The notes under the pieces are model-generated. The model saw only the letters and a program-made list of their open reading frames with translations. It made no database searches and was not told the origin of the DNA. Position numbers and translations under genes: made by a program. From NCBI GenBank assembly GCA_963662285.2, contig CAXXMV010000006.1, positions 1 through 64,000 on the forward strand: 64,000 bases of DNA, read 5' to 3'. The number at the start of each line of letters is the position of its first letter. Position 1 is the first letter of the stretch. Below, in pieces: positions 27,989 through 37,728 of this stretch. This DNA comes from a bacterium. GTDB taxonomy: Bacteria > Hinthialibacterota > Hinthialibacteria > Hinthialibacterales > Hinthialibacteraceae.

Positions 27989-28082
27989 TCATTCTCCTTT
28001 TTTGATTTGTGTACGGAGAGTAGCCCGTGGGGAGAGGGGACGAGGCAGACCGACATAATTAGTTGGTTAGAGTACTGTAGAG

Positions 28083-28631
28083 TTAGAATCGATAGAAGTC
28101 GCCGCTGCTGCGTAGACCATTGCTGGATTCAAAAAGATGCAGTTGTACTCCCACCGCTGCTTCGTAATCGGTGTCCGGTCCGGCGCCATGAAGGATATAG
28201 TTGCCGCTGCCGCTTTTTAATCCGGGGATAAGGTCAAGCGAGTTGCCGCTTCTTCGTTCTTGTACGTATTCCGGGTCCCACAATGGATAGGCGCTGTCTT
28301 CCGGTTGGAATAAATTAGAGGTTCCGGGATCGACTCCCTGGCGGAATGGATCGCGGGGTACGCTTGACATGTAGGGAACCGGGGAGGTGAGTTTAGCGAG
28401 ACGGGCGAAACGCAAATTGCCATCTGTATTAGGCGTAGGTGGATACATATTGTTGTCTATACGGTACGATCCCAATGCAGTAGCCAAAGATCTATGATCC
28501 GCCTGGGTATTGGCGATTTTAGCGCGCACCTGGGCGTTTAAGAAATTGGGAACAGCGATGGCGGCCAGAATCCCGATAATGGCAACTACTATGAGAAGTT
28601 CAATAAGAGTAAATGCGGTATGGTTTTTCAT
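28083..28631 (-). CDS. Prepilin-type N-terminal cleavage/methylation protein, GspG-like (paralogue 1)
   Basis: A|FTLIELLIVVAIIGILAAIAVPNF; LTSPVPYMSSVPRDPF; GPDTD...SNGLRSSGD. Confidence 0.9.
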   Translation of the reverse strand: MKNHTAFTLIELLIVVAIIGILAAIAVPNFLNAQVRAKIANTQADHRSLATALGSYRIDNNMYPPTPNTDGNLRFARLAKLTSPVPYMSSVPRDPFRQGVDPGTSNLFQPEDSAYPLWDPEYVQERRSGNSLDLIPGLKSGSGNYILHGAGPDTDYEAAVGVQLHLFESSNGLRSSGDFYRF

Positions 28632-29498
28632 GACTGATGTCCTTTAATAAAACAAGTCATTCTCAACAACAATTTCAAGATAATACTAGCATTATAAGTT
28701 AAATGAGGAACGTTTATGAATTAATTTCTAGTGAGATAGTATAACAAAGGTCTTATTTCCCTGGAATGTGATTAATAAAAGTCATCAAAGTAAAATTATA
28801 TTAAACTTAATATATTGAAATTATAGAGATTTTCAAATAATATTCTGATAGCGTCTTTTTGAAATATTTTCTTGGGTGGATGGTGAGAATTCATAGGATT
28901 GAAGGGGAAGATATTTTTGTAAACTACTCAGGTAAGCGCTATAATAAGATGAATTTCTAATAATTTTAATAAAAAAAAGATATTAAGATTATTTTTAATA
29001 AAAAAAATGAACCGGCTTGTTCCTCTCTACAAAAGGCGTCGGGGTGGTTATGATCCATCGCATATATCTATTACTTATGGCGTTATTATCAGACAAATTA
29101 TAGAGTAGTCCGAGTGATCAGATTCTTATGTTTACATTTGAATGAGATTAACAAAGAATCCTGATTAAACGGATTGGAATTGGTAGAAAATTAATACGGA
29201 AACATTAAAAGATAATTAAATTGGGCGTTTTTTCGGCTTTCCCGATAAATGGATTATAGAGGAGCATCGGGAGTTGGAAGGCGCCCAATTTTTTTGCCTA
29301 GACGTTGGCGCAATGGCATTTACATGCGCGATTTTCAATAATAGCATTAAGAATGTAGTTTTATTTAAAAGGATCTTTCAGTATTCTTTTCAAAAGATAT
29401 AATTTTATGTTATCCTAAGCGGATATTTATCTGTTTTTTTTTGAAGCGTGAATAAGAACGTCATTATTAAAACCACCATAATGAAAAAAGGAGTAATA

Positions 29499-29855
29499 AT
29501 GGAAGAGAAAAATAACATCCAGCAATATCGTCGTTTTTTCCGTGATGGAGCGCCATATATCGATAATTTTGAATCAGTTGCGTCTTTATTGATGGGAAAA
29601 CAGAAGCAGCAGGATCTGTTTATTTCAACTACAATGCATTTGATTCGCTCCGTTCACGATCACCTTGCGCAGTGTCAATCGGTTTTGGGGAAAGCTGAGC
29701 AGTTAATTGAAGACGCACGTGAGGCCAACTCATCTGAGCAGAATATAAAAGATCATGTGAACTTATGTTGTGAATTGCAGAACATTCAGACCAAATTAGT
29801 GGATGATGTGATTGAATCCATGAATGGCGTTATAGAAAATGTACTGCCGCGGTAG
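29499..29855 (+). CDS. Hypothetical helical protein
   Basis: RBS AAGGAG before ATG 29499 (MEEKNN...); all-helical character. Confidence 0.6.
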   Translation: MEEKNNIQQYRRFFRDGAPYIDNFESVASLLMGKQKQQDLFISTTMHLIRSVHDHLAQCQSVLGKAEQLIEDAREANSSEQNIKDHVNLCCELQNIQTKLVDDVIESMNGVIENVLPR

Positions 29856-30116
29856 ATTTATTATTTATTTGTTTCAATAAGATTATTGAGAAGAAGCAAG
29901 AGGAATTATGTTCATTAATAGCCATGATATCAAGTACTTATCTATTCTTGGCGGCATAGGATTATTAATGTACTAATTAGATGATTGAATTGTTTATTTT
30001 ATTTTACTTGAAAAAGCTCTTGCACTATTGCCTTGGAAATGCTAATAATGTTAAGCGTTGTTTGTTTTTTCTAATTAATCAACTTTGGTTATATTTTTTT
30101 GGAGGCCTTATAAGGC

Positions 30117-30557
30117 GTGGATACCACAATACCACATTCTGTTCCGATTGAATTCGCAACGGCTCTTATTTTCATGCTAACGGCGGTGGCTTTTGTAGGC
30201 GGCAACCTGATAATTAACAGGTTGTTCAGGCCGTTACGATCCTACCCGGAAAAACTATCTAATTATGAATGCGGAGAGCGTCCCATTGGTTCACCTTGGA
30301 TTCGCTTTAACATTCGTTATTACGTAATTGCGATTTTATTTATAATTTTCGATGTAGAAGTACTTTTTATTATCCCATGGGCGGTCGTTTATCGCGCTTT
30401 GTATAAAGACCCCAGTGTGGGAATTCTGGTATTTTATGAGATGTTTATATTTTTGCTGGTTTTAGGTCTTGGCTTGGCGTACTGCTGGGTTAAAGGACAT
30501 CTGGAATGGGTATTGCACAGCCAGAGACCGGTAAAGAAGGACGTTTCGGCATCTTGA
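30117..30557 (+). CDS. nuoA: NADH-quinone oxidoreductase subunit A
   Basis: YECGERP, YYVIAILFIIFDVE, AYCWVKGHLEW. Confidence 0.95.
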   Translation: MDTTIPHSVPIEFATALIFMLTAVAFVGGNLIINRLFRPLRSYPEKLSNYECGERPIGSPWIRFNIRYYVIAILFIIFDVEVLFIIPWAVVYRALYKDPSVGILVFYEMFIFLLVLGLGLAYCWVKGHLEWVLHSQRPVKKDVSAS

Positions 30558-30587
30558 AAATGCCTGGTTTGAGGGAAGAAAAGTATT

Positions 30588-30731
30588 ATGGATAGTTCTG
30601 CGAGTCAAATTATTGACGCAAGTTTTGGATTTTCGCCTTTAATAGATATTGCTCTTTGCGTAGGAATAATTTTTGCGATTGGTTTTTTCTTGTGGAATAA
30701 AGGCAGGGTTTCAATCTTACCAAAAAGGTAA
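30588..30731 (+). CDS. Small single-TM protein (47 aa) inside the nuo operon
   Basis: My translation: MDSSASQIIDASFGFSPLIDIALCVGIIFAIGFFLWNKGRVSILPKR*; purine-rich GAGGGAAG upstream; below the ORF-track length cutoff. Confidence 0.55.
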   Translation: MDSSASQIIDASFGFSPLIDIALCVGIIFAIGFFLWNKGRVSILPKR

Positions 30732-30858
30732 AAAAGTAACCCCATATCTCTCCTTTTGAGTTCATTAGGCGTATAATATCGCCTCAATGATCAGGATGAG
30801 GTATTTTTTTGGTCGAAAGACTATAGTATTAATTGTATAGTGGCGAGGTGAAAACGAA

Positions 30859-31362
30859 GTGGGTTATCTTGAAGGTAAATTCGAAGAAAACGTCATAGTC
30901 ACGTCGGTCGATGCTGTTTTTAATTGGGCAAGACTTTCATCGATATGGCCAATGACTTTCGGTCTTGCCTGCTGCGCCATTGAAATGATGCACACAGCGG
31001 CATGCCGCTTCGACCTGGATCGCTTCGGCGCGGGCGTCTTCCGCCCTTCTCCCCGGCAAGCTGACCTGATGATCGTTGCTGGTACGGTCACTTATAAAAT
31101 GGCCAAACGCATCGAACTGCTTTACAATCAAATGCCTGAACCCCGCTGGGTAATTGCTATGGGCAGCTGCGCTATCGGCGGCGGTCCGTATCACACACAT
31201 GGTTATCACGTCGTTAAAGGCGTTGACCTTTATATACCGGTTGACATATTTGTTCCCGGCTGCCCTCCACGTCCGGAAGCATTGATGGCCGGGCTTATTG
31301 AATTGCAGCAGAAGATCCGCCAAGACCGTATTCTACGCAAGAAAGAATCATCGGCGGCTTAA
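30859..31362 (+). CDS. nuoB: NADH-quinone oxidoreductase subunit B
   Basis: [29 protein letters not shown]. Confidence 0.97.
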   Translation: MGYLEGKFEENVIVTSVDAVFNWARLSSIWPMTFGLACCAIEMMHTAACRFDLDRFGAGVFRPSPRQADLMIVAGTVTYKMAKRIELLYNQMPEPRWVIAMGSCAIGGGPYHTHGYHVVKGVDLYIPVDIFVPGCPPRPEALMAGLIELQQKIRQDRILRKKESSAA

Positions 31363-31394
31363 ATTGGATTGTACGGCCTGTATATGGCTGGAGA

Positions 31395-31892
31395 TTGAAT
31401 ATGGAACATCTAGAGATCTTCAACTTGCTCCGCGAAAAATTTGGCGAAGATGCCATCCTGGAGCATATAGTAAGCGGCGATGAAAAAGATCCACGCGATC
31501 CTTTTATCCTGCTTAAAACTGATACGCTTGAAGATGTTTGCCGTTTTCTACGCGATGATGAACGAACCGCTTTTGATATGCTTCATTGCCTGAGCGGCGT
31601 GGAAGCTCCTGAGTGCTTTGAAAGCGTTTATCATCTGTTCTCTTTTAAGCATAAACATTACGTAACCTTAAAAGTCTGCGCATCAAAATCTAACCCTTCC
31701 GTTCCTTCTGTTGCATCTATCTGGTCCGCCGCTAATTGGCATGAACGGGAATCTTATGATTTGCTGGGCATTAATTATGAGGGGCATCCAGATTTGACCC
31801 GCATTCTGTTGGGCGATGCATGGGAAGGTCATCCTCTACGCAAAGATTATAAAATGCCGGAACACGACCGGCTTAAAGAATTAGGCTTTTAA
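31395..31892 (+). CDS. nuoC: NADH-quinone oxidoreductase subunit C
   Basis: AANWHERESYDLLGI, GHPDLTRIL, GHPLRKDY. Confidence 0.95.
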   Translation: MNMEHLEIFNLLREKFGEDAILEHIVSGDEKDPRDPFILLKTDTLEDVCRFLRDDERTAFDMLHCLSGVEAPECFESVYHLFSFKHKHYVTLKVCASKSNPSVPSVASIWSAANWHERESYDLLGINYEGHPDLTRILLGDAWEGHPLRKDYKMPEHDRLKELGF

Positions 31893-31943
31893 TAAACCGG
31901 AGACCGGCTGCTGGATTTCATTACCGGATGAGAGAAGATTTCT

Positions 31944-33086
31944 ATGGCGACTGCTGCTCAACCAAAACCTCTTCAAGGCGAACCAATGACTGTGTTCATG
32001 GGGCCGCAGCACCCCAGTACGCATGGCGTTCTCCAAGTGAAATTGTATACCGATGGCGAGATCGTTAATCGCGCTATTCCCAATATCGGTTTTCTTCATC
32101 GGTGCAAAGAGAAGATCGGCGAATCTCTCGAATATCAGGCTTATCTGCCCTACACGGACCGTATGGATTATCTGGGCGCCATGAACAACAATTGGACATG
32201 GGCGCTGGCCGTCGAGAAACTGTGCGGCATTGAGGTTCCCGAACGGGCTGAATATATACGCGTCTTTGTCGGTGAATTAAACCGGATCGCCAGTCATATC
32301 CTGCTGCTTGCCACTTTTGGATTGGATATGGGGGCCTGGACGCCATTGCTGCATTGCTTCCGCGAGCGGGAACAAATCCTTGACATCCTGGAAGAACTAT
32401 CCGGCGGACGGTTGTGCTTCGGTTACGTCGTACCCGGTGGAGTGAACCAGGATATGACGCCCCGCGCTATGGAACTGGCCAAGAAATTTATTGCGCAATT
32501 TCCGGCGCGGCTCGATTCCTTAAATCAATTACTGAGCTTTAACCAGATATTTATAAAACGCACCGCCAATGTCGCCATCGTCCCGCGGGAGATGGCGATT
32601 GATTATGGATTTACCGGACCAATGCTGCGCGCTTCCGGCGTTGATTGGGATATGCGGCGCGATGAAACCTATTCGATTTACAATAAATTCGATTTCGAAA
32701 TTCCCGTCGGTGAAGGCCTTAAGGGAACGGTGGGCGACTGCTGGGATCGATACTATCAGCGCATTCTGGAAATGTATCAGAGCATAAAGATTCTGGAGCA
32801 GGTCATTGAGGGATTCCCCGAAGAAGGCCAGCATAAAGGAAAAGTTCCCGCGCGGCTTAAACCTCCCAAAGGCGGCGAGGTTTACGTACGCACCGAATGC
32901 CCCCGCGGAGAATTAGGCTTCTATATGGTGAGCGATGGAAGCAACACCCCATACCGCATGAAAGTTCGCGGACCTTCGTTCTGCAATTTGAGCATCCTGG
33001 AAGAACTTACCAAAGACATGTTTATCGCCGATCTCGTAGCTACTTTGGGATCGTTCGATCTGGTTTTGGGGGAGGTGGATCGGTAG
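31944..33086 (+). CDS. nuoD: NADH-quinone oxidoreductase subunit D
   Basis: GPQHPSTHGVL, GFLHR, DRMDY, ELNRIASH, PRGELG, GEVDR. Confidence 0.97.
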   Translation: MATAAQPKPLQGEPMTVFMGPQHPSTHGVLQVKLYTDGEIVNRAIPNIGFLHRCKEKIGESLEYQAYLPYTDRMDYLGAMNNNWTWALAVEKLCGIEVPERAEYIRVFVGELNRIASHILLLATFGLDMGAWTPLLHCFREREQILDILEELSGGRLCFGYVVPGGVNQDMTPRAMELAKKFIAQFPARLDSLNQLLSFNQIFIKRTANVAIVPREMAIDYGFTGPMLRASGVDWDMRRDETYSIYNKFDFEIPVGEGLKGTVGDCWDRYYQRILEMYQSIKILEQVIEGFPEEGQHKGKVPARLKPPKGGEVYVRTECPRGELGFYMVSDGSNTPYRMKVRGPSFCNLSILEELTKDMFIADLVATLGSFDLVLGEVDR

Positions 33087-34121
33087 ATGATCACTTTAGC
33101 CCAATGGATACAACAATTGCCTGTTTTGGGGAGTCTGCCTCTACCGTTGATTATGCTGATCGCCGCTGCGGTTTGTTCGGCGGTTGCGGTGGCGATGGTG
33201 GCCGTTATCGGTCTGGTGGCGGTATGGTTTGAAAGAAAAATTTCCGCGCACATGCAATGCCGCGTCGGTCCGATGCATGTCGGCTGGCATGGCGTGTTGC
33301 AGACCGCCGCTGATGGTTTGAAACTCTTTATCAAAGAAGATATTATCCCGGCGATGGCCGATAAGCCGCTATTCATTCTGGCGCCTGGATTGGTTTTCGC
33401 CGGCGCATTGTTGTCATGGGTGGCGCTTCCTTTGGGGCCTGATTGGATACCAGCCGATATAAACATCGGCATGCTCTATCTGCTGGCCACCTCATCCGTA
33501 GTCGCCATCGGCATCATAATGGCTGGTTGGGCGTCGCATAATAAATGGTCCATGTATGGCGCCATGCGCGCTTCGGCTCAGTTTTTGAGTTATGAAATTC
33601 CAGTAGCCTTGCATATTCTGCCGCCGGTTCTCATGGCTGGATCGCTCAATCTTAGAACTATTGTTGATGCTCAAGCAGGTGGATTTCTCGGCGTGGGCGG
33701 CTGGTACGTCTGCAACCCGTTCTGTTTGATCGCTTTTATTTGTTATTACGTCGCGTCTTTGGCTGAAACCGGAAGGACTCCCTTCGATTTACCTGAATCT
33801 GAATCCGAGCTGGTGGCTGGAGGCTTTACAGAATATTCCGGTATTCGATATTCGTATTTTTATATGGCGGAGTACGCCGACTTGTTTATCGTATCAGCTA
33901 TCGGCGCATTGCTCTTTTTAGGTGGATGGCATGGCCCATTCGGTTTGTACGGCGGGTATATTTATATTAGTAAAGTATGCGTGCTGATCTTTTTGGCCAT
34001 GTGGCTTCGCTGGACTCTACCGCGTCTGAGAATTGATCAGTTGATGGCGACTTGCTGGAAATTCCTGATTCCTTTGGGACTAATCAATATTATTTTGACC
34101 GCTATATGGGCGGTGTTGTAG
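33087..34121 (+). CDS. nuoH: NADH-quinone oxidoreductase subunit H
   Basis: ERKISAHMQCRVGP, ADGLKLFIKE, SYEIP, RTPFDLPESESELV, PRLRIDQ. Confidence 0.97.
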   Translation: MITLAQWIQQLPVLGSLPLPLIMLIAAAVCSAVAVAMVAVIGLVAVWFERKISAHMQCRVGPMHVGWHGVLQTAADGLKLFIKEDIIPAMADKPLFILAPGLVFAGALLSWVALPLGPDWIPADINIGMLYLLATSSVVAIGIIMAGWASHNKWSMYGAMRASAQFLSYEIPVALHILPPVLMAGSLNLRTIVDAQAGGFLGVGGWYVCNPFCLIAFICYYVASLAETGRTPFDLPESESELVAGGFTEYSGIRYSYFYMAEYADLFIVSAIGALLFLGGWHGPFGLYGGYIYISKVCVLIFLAMWLRWTLPRLRIDQLMATCWKFLIPLGLINIILTAIWAVL

Positions 34122-34136
34122 GAATATACCGGGTAG

Positions 34137-34691
34137 GTGATTATGGCCGTTATACAAGATGTTGCAGCAGGTTTCATTACCGCCGTTAAAGGCATGGCGG
34201 TTACGTTCAAGGAAATGTTCGAACCAGCTGTAACCGTCCAATATCCACTGAAAAAACGTGAGATGCCTGACCGTATGCGGGGCATGTTGGTCAACGACGT
34301 CAGCACTTGCATCGCATGTAGTAAATGCGTCAAAATATGTCCGGTCGATTGTATAAAAGTAGAAGCTGTAGGCAAAGGTAAAGAGCGTAAGCCTTCGGTG
34401 TTTCAGGTCGATTTCATCAAATGCTGCTGGTGCGCCCTGTGCGTTGAGGTATGCCCTACGGTTTGCCTGTTTATGTCTAAAGATTATGAGACGGTATTTA
34501 CCGATAAAAGTCAGATGATCCGCGACTTTGTTGCTAATCCGATTCCTCCAGCCAAAGCGGCGGTGGAAGAAGAGAAAAAAGAACCGGATGCGGCGCCAGC
34601 TAAAGAAAAGCCGGAAGAGGCGCCAAGTAAAGAGCAGCCTGACGCTGTTTCAGTTAAAGAAGAACCTGAGCAACAGAAAAAAGGAGATTAG
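34137..34691 (+). CDS. nuoI: NADH-quinone oxidoreductase subunit I
   Basis: TVQYP; CIACSKCVKICP and CCWCALCVEVCP 2x[4Fe-4S] motifs; charged C-terminal tail. Confidence 0.93.
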   Translation: MIMAVIQDVAAGFITAVKGMAVTFKEMFEPAVTVQYPLKKREMPDRMRGMLVNDVSTCIACSKCVKICPVDCIKVEAVGKGKERKPSVFQVDFIKCCWCALCVEVCPTVCLFMSKDYETVFTDKSQMIRDFVANPIPPAKAAVEEEKKEPDAAPAKEKPEEAPSKEQPDAVSVKEEPEQQKKGD

Positions 34692-34696
34692 CAAGA

Positions 34697-35245
34697 GTGG
34701 ACGCGCTGCATAGCATTATCTTCTATATCCTGGCAGCCATAGTTTTGGCGTCGGCTGCGTTTACCGCGTTCTCATCGAACCTGGTTCATGCGGCGTTTTC
34801 TCTGCTGTTCACCTTTTTCGGGTTGGCATGCTTATATATCCAACTGGGCGCCGATTTCGTGGGCGTCTCGCAAGTGGTGGTATATGTTGGAGGCATTCTG
34901 GTTCTGCTGCTCTTCGGCGTCATGTTTACGGGCAGCATCGCTGGCGGAATTACCCGTCAGACCCTTCAGACCAAGTGGAGCGCGCTGGTTCTGGTGGTTC
35001 TTATGGCCGTAATGCTTCCCATAGTTTATGTGACTCCTTGGGGAGTGATGGATGCTCCACAGGATAAAGCGCTTACATCAAACGTGGAGTTGATTGGAAA
35101 ACTTCTGTTGACTGATTATCTACTTCCTTTTGAGATTGCTTCTTTGCTTTTATTGGTAGCCCTGATCGGCGCGGTAGTAATTGCGCGGGGCGAGCCGAAA
35201 GTGCAGGATAAAGTGGAAGACAAGAACGAAACGGCTGCGGTTTAG
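34697..35245 (+). CDS. nuoJ: NADH-quinone oxidoreductase subunit J
   Basis: QVVVYVGGILVLLLFGVM, PFEIASLLLLVALIGAV. Confidence 0.95.
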   Translation: MDALHSIIFYILAAIVLASAAFTAFSSNLVHAAFSLLFTFFGLACLYIQLGADFVGVSQVVVYVGGILVLLLFGVMFTGSIAGGITRQTLQTKWSALVLVVLMAVMLPIVYVTPWGVMDAPQDKALTSNVELIGKLLLTDYLLPFEIASLLLLVALIGAVVIARGEPKVQDKVEDKNETAAV

Positions 35246-35275
35246 CGCTGCTGGCCGATAGATTTTATAAGAGGG

Positions 35276-35593
35276 ATGCGCATGGCTGTTACGCTGGAAC
35301 ATTATCTGGTCGTTTCCATAACCCTGTTTTCGTTGGGGCTGTTCATCGTGATGACGCGGCGCAACGGCATCCGGATGCTGATGGGCGTTGAATTGATACT
35401 TAATTCCGCCAATCTGAACTTGATCGCTTTTAACCGGTATCTACCGGGGATGGACGTATCAGGTAATATTTTCGCCGTCTTTGTTATAATATTGGCCGCT
35501 GCTGAAGCCGCTGTGGCGCTGGCCATTGTGCTGGCCATATTCCAGCAGTTTTCCACTATCCAGTTGGATGAAATAAGTAGTATGAAGCATTGA
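35276..35593 (+). CDS. nuoK: NADH-quinone oxidoreductase subunit K
   Basis: MGVELILNSANLN, AAAEAAVALAI. Confidence 0.95.
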   Translation: MRMAVTLEHYLVVSITLFSLGLFIVMTRRNGIRMLMGVELILNSANLNLIAFNRYLPGMDVSGNIFAVFVIILAAAEAAVALAIVLAIFQQFSTIQLDEISSMKH

Positions 35594-35664
35594 TGCGCCG
35601 CATTTCAGCATGAAGCGGTTTCGCTTCATGAGAGTTATATTATTTAATTACTAAGAGGTTACGG

Positions 35665-37689
35665 ATGGAAACTCTTGCTTGGTTGATTCTTGCGTTTCCC
35701 ATAATCGCACTTGTTATCCAGTATTTCTTTGGGAAAAAACTCCCCCGGCAGGGTGATTGGCTTTCCACCGGCGCTATAGGTTTATCTCTGATTTGCAGCT
35801 TTATTCTCTTCATTAAAGTCATCTTTATTGAAGGTGATCCAAATTACCTTTTCCAGGTATCATACCCGTGGTTTACCGGCGGAGGCGGCCTGGATTTCAC
35901 CTTTGGATTCCATATTGATAACCTGACTGCGGTTATGCTGATGGTGGTGACGATTGTCAGTTTTGTGGTTCATCTCTATTCCATCGGTTATATGCATGGC
36001 GAACAGTTTTATGATAGTTTCTTCGCTTATCTGAGCCTCTTCAGTTTTTCAATGCTGCTTTTGGTATTGTGCGACAACCTGTTCGTTCTATATATAAGTT
36101 GGGAACTGGTAGGCGTATCGTCTTATCTTCTGATTGGCTTCTATTTCTGGAAAGATTCCGCCGCAGATGCATGCAAGAAAGCTTTTATCACCACCCGCGT
36201 GGGTGATGTTTTTATGTTCCTGGGTATCATGACCCTGGTTCTCTATTTAGGAAAATTCAATTACACCGAAATATTTGAAGCCGTATCTCATGGCGAAATC
36301 AGCGGCTGGGTAATCACTGTCGCCGGCATCTGCCTGTTTGGCGGCGCCGTCGGTAAATCGGCTCAGTTCCCGTTGCATGTCTGGTTGCCGGACGCTATGG
36401 AAGGTCCGACTCCAGTCAGCGCGTTGATCCACGCAGCCACTATGGTTGCGGCTGGCGTATACATGGTAGGGCGTTTGTTTCCTATCTTTTCATCTTCGCC
36501 GGAAACCATGCTGGTTATTGCTTATATCGGTCTGATCACCGCTTTCTTCGCTTCACTGATTGCTATAACTCAGACAGACATTAAGAGAATCCTGGCTTAT
36601 TCAACCCTCAGTCAATTGGGTTATATGATAACCGCTTTGGGCGTCGGGGGATTCGTGGTTGGCGCTTATACCGCTGGTTTATATCACCTTATGACTCATG
36701 CCTTCTTCAAAGCGCTTCTTTTCCTTTGCAGCGGCAGCGTGATCCACGCGGTTCATACCAACGAAATTACCTCAATGGGCGGCTTGCGCAAGAAAATGCC
36801 CATTACCGCCATAACCATGATTATCGGGACGCTGGCCATTTCCGGAGTGCCATTTTTCTCCGGTTTCGGCAGCAAGGACGCTATCCTGGCGGGCGCTCTG
36901 CAATTTGGACTTGAACATCCCCAGCATTTCCCCATATTCCTGGGATTGCTGATCGGCGCGGGCATCACCGCTTTCTATATGTTCCGGCTGATCTTCCTGA
37001 CCTTCTTTGGCGAACCGCGCGACCAGGAAAAGTTCGATCATGCCCATGAATCTCCTGTAACCATGACTATACCTTTGATTATATTGGCGTTACTGTCGAT
37101 AATCGGCGGTTGGGGATTGTATGGCGCTTTGTGGTTAAACGCCTTGATTGTACCACCAGTGATTGGAGAGGCGGCGCATGAAGCGGCGGCTCACGGCGCG
37201 GGACATGGAAGCGCTTTAGCCCATTATGGCGCTATGGTTCTTTCACTCCTCGTGGCATTCGGTGGAATTGTTTTCTCTTACATGGTTTATTACAAACGCA
37301 GCATCTCGGTTGAGATGCTAACCAAAAAAATGGGTCCGCTTTATCAACTTTCATACAACAAGTTTTGGGTTGATGAATTTTATGAAAAAACCGTTATCGC
37401 CTTTGTGATGAAAAGCCGTATGGTTCTTCGCGCATTCGACAATACGGTTATAGATGGCGCTGTAAACATTACTGCTCCGATTACGCGGGGCACGGCAATG
37501 ATTTCCGGTGCGGTCGATAAATATATTGTAGATGGACTGGTCAATCTCCTGGCAATAGTGGTGCAGGCGATAGGCGCTGTCAGTACATTGTTCCAAAGCG
37601 GCGTGATACAGAATTATTTGTTGAAAGCTGCATGCGCTATTGGCGCATTATTATTGATTCATAACGTAATTATGCGGGTTTTGTATTAA
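35665..37689 (+). CDS. nuoL: NADH-quinone oxidoreductase subunit L
   Basis: WELVGVSSYLLIGF, GKSAQFPLHVWLPDAMEGPTPVSALIHAATMV, HAFFKALLFL. Confidence 0.97.
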   Translation: METLAWLILAFPIIALVIQYFFGKKLPRQGDWLSTGAIGLSLICSFILFIKVIFIEGDPNYLFQVSYPWFTGGGGLDFTFGFHIDNLTAVMLMVVTIVSFVVHLYSIGYMHGEQFYDSFFAYLSLFSFSMLLLVLCDNLFVLYISWELVGVSSYLLIGFYFWKDSAADACKKAFITTRVGDVFMFLGIMTLVLYLGKFNYTEIFEAVSHGEISGWVITVAGICLFGGAVGKSAQFPLHVWLPDAMEGPTPVSALIHAATMVAAGVYMVGRLFPIFSSSPETMLVIAYIGLITAFFASLIAITQTDIKRILAYSTLSQLGYMITALGVGGFVVGAYTAGLYHLMTHAFFKALLFLCSGSVIHAVHTNEITSMGGLRKKMPITAITMIIGTLAISGVPFFSGFGSKDAILAGALQFGLEHPQHFPIFLGLLIGAGITAFYMFRLIFLTFFGEPRDQEKFDHAHESPVTMTIPLIILALLSIIGGWGLYGALWLNALIVPPVIGEAAHEAAAHGAGHGSALAHYGAMVLSLLVAFGGIVFSYMVYYKRSISVEMLTKKMGPLYQLSYNKFWVDEFYEKTVIAFVMKSRMVLRAFDNTVIDGAVNITAPITRGTAMISGAVDKYIVDGLVNLLAIVVQAIGAVSTLFQSGVIQNYLLKAACAIGALLLIHNVIMRVLY

Positions 37690-37728
37690 GATCCGCGACA
37701 ACGATACAATAACAGGGAGTAAGCAAGG

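Noticed and set aside
28632-29498. Hidden gene or ncRNA in the long AT-rich gap (ttttaataaaaaaaa twice; imperfect hairpin near 29108-29175)
   Set aside because: No credible ORF or recognisable RNA family; low-complexity repeats are expected at this AT content.
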